64,000 nucleotides of DNA from Eledone cirrhosa (taxonomy: Eukaryota), in assembly GCA_964016885.1 (NCBI GenBank), contig OZ024746.1, forward strand, positions 101,184,001 through 101,248,000. The letters are read 5' to 3'. Under the pieces are notes generated by a model. The model searched no databases. It was not told where the DNA came from and worked only from the letters and a program-made list of their open reading frames with translations. A program made the position numbers and the translations under genes. The number at the start of each line of letters is the position of its first letter. Position 1 is the stretch's first letter. This document shows positions 60,901 through 64,000 of this stretch, piece after piece.

Positions 60901-63128
60901 CGACCAAATATATAATGTAAGTTACTAAGTCCTTTGAAATTCTTTATAATTTACAGAATTATTTGAAAAACCTAAGCAATGTCTTCATTAGAACTATAAT
61001 GGAAGGGTTAATGTATCGTTTAAGTAAACTGAACATTCACTTACATCACATTCTTTCAGAGAATCCATAGCCAGCAGGTCATTGCCATGACGTAAATGAA
61101 ATTTCACCATTTCTTCAGCAGACTGAAAATAAAAGAGGTTATTTTGATAAGTTGATTATGAAGTGACAAATATTCTTGTAGTTATAGTTTAAAATATTCT
61201 TATAGTTATAGTTTTTAAAAATGTTCAAGAAGTAAAACTTGTACTTTGAATGAAATGACAGAAGCTATCAATTTAATAGAGTTTACAGTAATGACAATTT
61301 AATCAACATTAACCCTTTTGATAACAACCCTGGTTGTAGGCTATAAAACTGTTTTAAAATGTTCATATTAAGGTGTCTCATCATAGTTTCATTTAAGAGA
61401 GTTAAGTAGTGTTCCAAACAGTTTACTAATGAAATTGTTAGAGATTTTACTGAGTTCTACAAAACTTTTTCTTATGTTCAAAATTAATTGAAACACATAG
61501 GCAGCATAATTTATTATAAATACAGTAATGAAACGGTTAATCAAAAATTCTACTGTACCTTCAGATCATTATATTCTGTTTCTGTTTCTGGACAAGCTTT
61601 TATCATTTGTTTTAGCAACAGAGCATACTTTCCCATTCTTTGAACTGGTCGGAGAAGATAACTGGATAAGTTCATCTTGTCTTTCAGTTCCAGCTGTTTG
61701 GTCTTATAATAGAAAAAATAAAAGTAACAATTTACTATTAATCCTCTTCTTCCCATTTTGGAAATAAGCCTTTGATAATTTGATGTCATTCAGACAGGTC
61801 ATTAGCAGCTATCTCTGTATTGCCCCAAATAACAGCTATTACTGTGTTCTGTACATATAACAGTTATTACTGTATTCTGTACATATAACAGTTATTACTC
61901 TGTTCCGTACATATAACAGTTATTACTGTGTTCTGTACATATAACAGTTATTACTCTGTTCTGTACATATAACAGTTATTACTGTGTTCTGTACATATAA
62001 CAGTTATCACTCTCTGTTCTGTACATATAACAGTTATCACTCTCTGTTCTATACATATAACAGTTATCACTCTCTGTTCTGTACATATAACAGTTATTAC
62101 TGTGTTCTGTACACATAATAGTTATTACTGTGTTCTGTACATATAACAGTTATTACTGTGTTCTGTACATATAACAGTTATTACTGTCTGTTCTGTACAT
62201 ATAACAGTTATTACTGTGTTCTGTACATATAACAGTTATTACTGTGTTCTGTACATATAACAGTTATTACTCTCTGTACATATAACAGTTATTACTCTCT
62301 GTTCTGTACATATAACAGTTATTACTGTGTTCTGTACATATAACAGTTATCACTCTCTGTTCTGTACATATAACAGTTATCACTCTCTGTTCTATACATA
62401 TAACAGTTATCACTCTCTGTTCTGTACATATAACAGTTATTACTGTGTTCTGTACACATAATAGTTATTACTGTGTTCTGTACATATAACAGTTATTACT
62501 GTGCTCTGTACATATAACAGTTATTACTGTCTGTTCTGTACATATAACAGTTATTACTGTGTTCTGTACATATAACAGTTATTACTGTGTTCTGTACATA
62601 TAACAGTTATTACTCTCTGTACATATAACAGTTATTACTCTCTGTTCTGTACATATAACAGTTATTACTGTGTTCTGTACATATATCAGTTATTACTCTC
62701 TGCTTATCTTCAATTGTGATATTTCTTTTGTTCAGTTGCTTTTAGAAGCCAACAGTCTTTTAATTTAATTTTCATCCTCAACCATTATAAGTTGTTTCCT
62801 TCCCTCCAGGTAATTTACCATATTACAGTGATTTATTTTTTACTAAAATAGAGTACTCTAGAAGAGGGGGATTAAATAGGGGGTTTGTCTGAGAGTGTAG
62901 TCAGGTAAAAGAAACAGTTAAATCCAAATGTTTTATATATTTCTCAAATAAGGAAGAAAATTATGAAAATAAATTCAATCTGTAATTATAAAATGTTTCA
63001 AATACAGAAAATATAATCAGAGAAAATATTAGACTTACTCGAAAAAATTCAGTGCCATGTTCTGCCAATAAATGGTCAGATTTGGGTTTGTTTTTATTGT
63101 AGAGAGCGTAGAGGTAAAAGTGTTCTTC
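37785..63128 (-). CDS. PLEKHG4B: Multi-exon Rho guanine nucleotide exchange factor (DH-PH), puratrophin-1/PLEKHG4B/ARHGEF40-like; 3' eight coding exons only (5' part outside window)
   Basis: Exons 63039-63128, 61559-61702, 61045-61122, 56645-56818, 52167-52344, 51307-51417, 49899-50123 and 37785-38218 total 1434 nt. All have AG/GT boundaries with compatible phases and give one ORF with DH motifs (LYNKNKPKSD, YLLRPVQRMGKYALLL, LRHGNDLLAMD), PH motifs (RHIFLFEELVLFSK, IGLTEN, FEIWFRRR, LLWRQA) and the family tail EMASMG...SIAVSS. The symbol denotes the closest family, not proven orthology. Confidence 0.9.
39085..39203 (-). mobile_element. tRNA-derived SINE head (A/B boxes + core-like segment)
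   Basis: Reverse complement GGCGTGTGGCTGATTGATTAGA...GAGTTCGATTCC...CCTTCAGCAAGACACTTTATTTCA; same family as 42075-42215. Confidence 0.7.
40195..40842. repeat. Foldback element: ~170-bp inverted arms, ~307-bp spacer, abutting (TA)n; possibly Penelope-derived
   Basis: Arms 40195-40365 and 40673-40842 pair with few mismatches. Confidence 0.8.
40868..41850 (-). mobile_element. 5'-truncated RTE LINE (family B) with 3' UTR and (GAT)n tail
   Basis: ORF 41174-41623 (MLHGSETW, RRLRWYGHV) closely matches 2680-3051. Confidence 0.88.
41873..42215 (-). mobile_element. Mosaic SINE: tRNA-derived head + RTE family B UTR segment + RTE family A tail
   Basis: A box TGGCTTAGTGG, B box GAGTTCAATTC, then GTTGGTGTTAGGAAGGGCATCCAGC, then CCCACCCTTGCAAGCAGGGAAAAGCGGACGTAAAATGATGAT. 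Confidence 0.65.
44083..47547 (-). mobile_element. Young CR1-clade LINE, 5'-truncated inside ORF1, with (ATT)n tail
   Basis: ORF1 remnant (RLGRPGPKPRLIRLSF...) ending at TAA 47198; intact ORF2; 3' UTR shared with the copy at 57005-57776. The RTE frame QDVVG|DKCVRND rejoins across the insertion. Confidence 0.92.
44376..47141 (-). CDS. CR1-clade ORF2: apurinic endonuclease + reverse transcriptase (921 aa, uninterrupted)
   Basis: LNARS, VTETW, YRPP, GDFN, TRGDNTLDLIF, SDH; YRPVSLTS, QFGF, DFAKAF, GVPQGSVLGPLLF, YADD; RDLGI, TRGH. The frame stays open upstream to ~47248 without an ATG. Confidence 0.93.
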   Translation of the reverse strand: MLSLNARSLCNKIHLFESYVRSIDPDFITVTETWAHSLLCDGVFSITGYNLFRKDRINRRGGGVMVYVRSNFSVIPCVDLNESQEEVFFCDIRMTMSTLLLGVVYRPPNYHQDTQLCDILRVAAKKTATYVFIAGDFNHPEIDWETFRWPQGANDFLELVLDSNWSQVVTSPTRGDNTLDLIFTTTPEVVISCTTEEPLGDSDHAMIIANLALEGNNKNQSHLQSACFDWKRADWNLYCTELQRPNWHEMYNSGDVNSILQSILDSIWIACAASVPQKRKNNHPKSAIWETSAVRLARKERRNAEREYKLHRSDANRKKQNKSSNHLKQVKKKAVLKFEQCIATNPDSKVFWKYVHSKQRPHSPVGPLRNPHTSQITDDPKECAELIAECYASIFTVENQNVPSPPSLTSNSITAMEFTPAMLRRHLKNKRNYASPSLDGVTYLLLKRGGYFLLRQLSFFFQYCLNNGATPEQWKTASVIPLFKKSNCMSPVNYRPVSLTSCMAKLMESCVRETLWNFWSSHSLIRPSQFGFIPNSSCCDQLIEFLEDITRITDSGSWVDVVYLDFAKAFNSVPHKRLMAKLSAMGVRDDLFDWLKSFILSRKEVVTVLGQHSSPYEMSSGVPQGSVLGPLLFVAYINDIDANLQNATVLKYADDIKLYLEIKRTDPEIYNSFLQSDLDTMQQWITDWQLKLAVDKCTTMHFGRKNPASTYSLHNTDIKKSSCERDLGITISNDLRWTKHVSKIVKKAEGVLASLSKTFVSRSPAIYLKLYTAMVRPHLEFASSVWNPYLAQNIDLLETVQRRATKRIPSIRHLPYSERLASLGMDSLKLRHLAMDLVNTHKVFNHLANCNPERLFDLHVSNTRGHAYKIRKQHSSHDFHRHFFTLRVAEAWNKLPVSVVSCRDTASFKTLMLPEIRQNYT
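49228..49560. repeat. Older, diverged foldback element (~140-bp arms) in TA-rich context
   Basis: AAGAAACACAGTATATTGTTTATAAACC...AAACCTTATAGCACTA..CATACCTG..TGGCTAA pairs with TTAGCCA..CAGGTATG..TAGTGCTATAAGGTTT...GGTTTATATACAATATACCGTGTTTCTT. Confidence 0.7.
49899..50123 (-). CDS. PLEKHG4B: RhoGEF exon (Ser-rich tail): ARSRNSIAVSSVDHFRDGAKRPLSINSLSSTSSSSSGQ...RRSMNSSN
   Basis: Pyrimidine-rich acceptor ttctctgttttag, donor gtagga; 225 nt, phase 1-1; RxSIAVSS..KRP.S..SSTSSSSS pattern resembles the PLEKHG4B tail. Confidence 0.85.
50230..51026. repeat. 33-bp minisatellite ATGGGACATATAGAAATATATACACTTGTATAC (intronic)
   Basis: Period 33 (50461 to 50494), with length variants. Confidence 0.93.
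51307..51417 (-). CDS. PLEKHG4B: RhoGEF exon (post-PH): ESRKSEMASMGMGSKPSFDLKGDYNSNDHLVSNGQFA
   Basis: Acceptor ttcctaacag, donor gtaagt; 111 nt, phase 1-1; the EMxSMGxGxKP motif follows the PH domain in this family. Confidence 0.88.
51946..52113. mobile_element. pogo/Tc2-like MITE with TA target duplication
   Basis: TA-CCATATTTCCCAGCACCAAAGATGC ... reverse complement TA-CCATATTTCCTCGCGTCGAAGATGC; internal GACGCA subterminal repeats. Confidence 0.7.
52167..52344 (-). CDS. PLEKHG4B: RhoGEF exon (PH domain C-half): TSDIGLTENFRDHTNKFEIWFRRRSLGENYILHAQDNDIKKSWVQDISRLLWRQAIKNR
   Basis: Acceptor tttgttgtag, donor gtaagc; 178 nt, phase 0-1; contains the PH C-terminal helix Trp. Confidence 0.92.
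52474..52653 (-). mobile_element. Full-length tRNA-derived SINE (Nin/Deu-domain-like) with 19-bp TSD
   Basis: TSD GTGATATACTTATAATAAT at 52455 and 52654; A box TGGCAGTATCGG, B box GAGTTCAAATCC, then CCTTTCATCCTT..GGTCGATAAAATAAAGTACCAG. Confidence 0.85.
54070..56420 (+). mobile_element. Degenerate RTE LINE of a third family (Rex3/Expander-like) with many internal deletions
   Basis: LTIGT*NITTLTGKEQKLV, MNTFFQHRDSHKYT, STDHHLV, DYRGISLLSLPGK, EQCGFLPG, LVFADDIVLL, KQVEKFKYL. Confidence 0.8.
56645..56818 (-). CDS. PLEKHG4B: RhoGEF exon (PH domain N-half): VNLQEQGRLLRQNEFLV...RHIFLFEELVLFSK...YIYKYSFK
   Basis: Acceptor aatttccag, donor gtaggt; 174 nt. Confidence 0.92.
57005..57776 (-). mobile_element. 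5'-truncated second copy of the CR1-clade LINE (ORF2 C-terminus + 3' UTR)
   Basis: Nearly identical to 44095-44877; ORF 57275-57721. Confidence 0.92.
58270..58452 (-). mobile_element. Full-length tRNA-derived SINE (same family as 52474)
   Basis: High identity to 52474-52653; TSD TAAAAATAAT at 58260 and 58453. Confidence 0.85.
58488..60026. repeat. 1.5-kb degenerate trinucleotide array (GGT/GAT/AGT/TGT)n, intronic
   Basis: Strict 3-bp phase giving poly-Gly, poly-Val and poly-Pro ORFs; internal block duplications. Confidence 0.95.
60060..60400 (+). mobile_element. Degenerate RTE-like endonuclease fragment
   Basis: ..AP...GCEDEHIEEFYK.LQDVIDNNQKDIL resembles the RTE APE segment YAPT....DEEIEEFY..LQ. 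Confidence 0.5.
60615..60807. mobile_element. piggyBac-like MITE (family A)
   Basis: TTAA-CCCTTTAGCATTTA...TAAATGCTAAAGGG-TTAA; inverted relative to 33279-33516. Confidence 0.75.
60840..60902 (-). mobile_element. 5'-truncated SINE with 14-bp TSD
   Basis: TSD ACCAAATATATAAT at 60826 and 60903. Confidence 0.8.
61045..61122 (-). CDS. PLEKHG4B: RhoGEF exon (end of DH domain): SAEEMVKFHLRHGNDLLAMDSLKECD
   Basis: Acceptor ttttattttcag, donor gtaagt; 78 nt; RHGNDLLAMD is characteristic of the PLEKHG4 family. Confidence 0.92.
61313..61536. mobile_element. piggyBac-like MITE (family B)
   Basis: TTAA-CCCTTTTGATA...TAATGAAACGG-TTAA; shares TTCAAAATTAATTGAAACA.ATAGGC with the reverse complement of 28113-28325. 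Confidence 0.6.
61559..61702 (-). CDS. PLEKHG4B: RhoGEF exon (DH domain): TKQLELKDKMNLSSYLLRPVQRMGKYALLLKQMIKACPETETEYNDLK
   Basis: Acceptor ttctattataag, donor gtacag; 144 nt; DH conserved region 3 motif L-L-x-P-V-Q-R-x-x-K-Y-x-L-L-L. Confidence 0.92.
61829..62702. repeat. 28/30-bp minisatellite ATAACAGTTATTACTGTGTTCTGTACAT, ~30 copies (intronic)
   Basis: Direct inspection; 343-bp-offset block duplication. Confidence 0.95.
63039..63128 (-). CDS. PLEKHG4B: RhoGEF exon (DH domain): EEHFYLYALYNKNKPKSDHLLAEHGTEFFR
   Basis: Acceptor ttatttctag, donor gtaagt; 90 nt, phase 0-0; too short for the ORF track. Confidence 0.92.
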
Positions 63129-63211
63129 CTAGAAATAACCAAATAAGAACAACAATGATATTAATAACAACTTAATAAATATACAGAGGTCTATGACTCA
63201 TGTAGTTATAT

Positions 63212-63398
63212 ATAATAGTTTCTTATATAGGCACAAGGCCAGCAATTACCCCAGTGTATTACTGGTACTTTATTTTATCGACCCCGTAAGAATCAAAGGT
63301 AAAGTTAATCTTGGCGGGATTTGAACTCAGATCATAAAGGGCCGTAACACTATGCTGCAAAGCATGGTGTACGACCCTCTACCAATACTGTCAATCCA
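63212..63398 (-). mobile_element. tRNA-derived SINE (same family as 52474), more diverged
   Basis: GGCACAAGGCCAGCAATT...ATCGACCCCGTAAG...GGATTTGAACTCAGA...CTGTCAATCCA. Confidence 0.8.
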
Positions 63399-63919
63399 TA
63401 AATAATGTAGTTTTGAACATATCACCACCGTTTAATGACTATTTTCCATGCTTGTATGGGTTAGAGACAAACTGTCATGTTATAAAGGTTAGATAGGTCA
63501 GGTGGCTACGTCTTATGATCCATTTTTAGTTTAATTTTCTATAGCTTGAGGCCTTTTCTAATGCCAATCACATTACAGTGTAGACTGGGTGCTTTTTGTC
63601 ATGTCACCAGTATGACCACCTTACTGACCGGACTGGGTGCTTTTCTATCGTGGTACCAGCACGATATGCAGTCTAAAATTTAAATTAAAAAATGTTAAAA
63701 GCTCTTTAGCATGAAACCGCATTACCTAATGTAAGGGAGATAACTCTTTCACTTTCATACTTTTCCTGCATTTTCTCTTGTTACAGAGTTCCTAACTTGT
63801 TCCTAACATGTATTGTGTTTATTGCATTCATCGCGCTATGTTTTTGTGTCAGGTTACTATTGCATGTGAGAAAATGGCTAAAAAAATAATTAAAGTAGAA
63901 ATAAAAAGACTAAAGAAAT

Positions 63920-64000
63920 GTTTAGTCTCTCACAAAAGACTGGCTAAAGAAGTGTTTAGTCTCTCACAAAAGACTGGCTAAAGAAGTGCTTAGTCTCTCA
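63920..64000. repeat. 34-bp tandem repeat running off the window end (TAGTCTCTCACAAAAGACTGGCTAAAGAAGTGTT)
   Basis: Period 34 (63923 to 63957). Confidence 0.85.

Overview
AT-rich, repeat-dense animal genomic DNA; the SINE/RTE repertoire suggests a cephalopod, probably an octopod (inference). The only host gene I can support is the 3' part of a minus-strand DH-PH Rho-GEF of the puratrophin-1/PLEKHG4(B)/ARHGEF40 family. Eight exons (63128 to 37785) splice in frame with GT-AG boundaries to 477 aa plus a stop, ending ...EESEL; the 5' exons lie beyond the window. The left third is a contiguous ~17.7 kb satellite block (8-bp, 21-bp and 32-bp arrays), and the 21-bp array shows nested higher-order repeats. 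Mobile elements include a near-full-length degenerate RTE LINE interrupted by a young CR1-clade LINE with an intact 921-aa ORF2, further RTE, Dong/R4-like, CRE-like and Gypsy-like fragments, an internally deleted mariner, piggyBac-like and pogo/Tc2-like MITEs, and tRNA-derived SINEs. The most interesting signals are: (1) a G_GGA_AAC slippery heptamer plus a perfect 15-bp hairpin at the CR1 ORF1/ORF2 junction, where ORF2 is in the -1 frame and has no ATG; (2) a dispersed set of foldback elements and minimal hammerhead-ribozyme-like cores associated with (TA)n; (3) a 1.5-kb (GGT/GAT)n expansion that appears to have grown from an RTE 3' tail. All calls were made by eye, and repeat boundaries are approximate.
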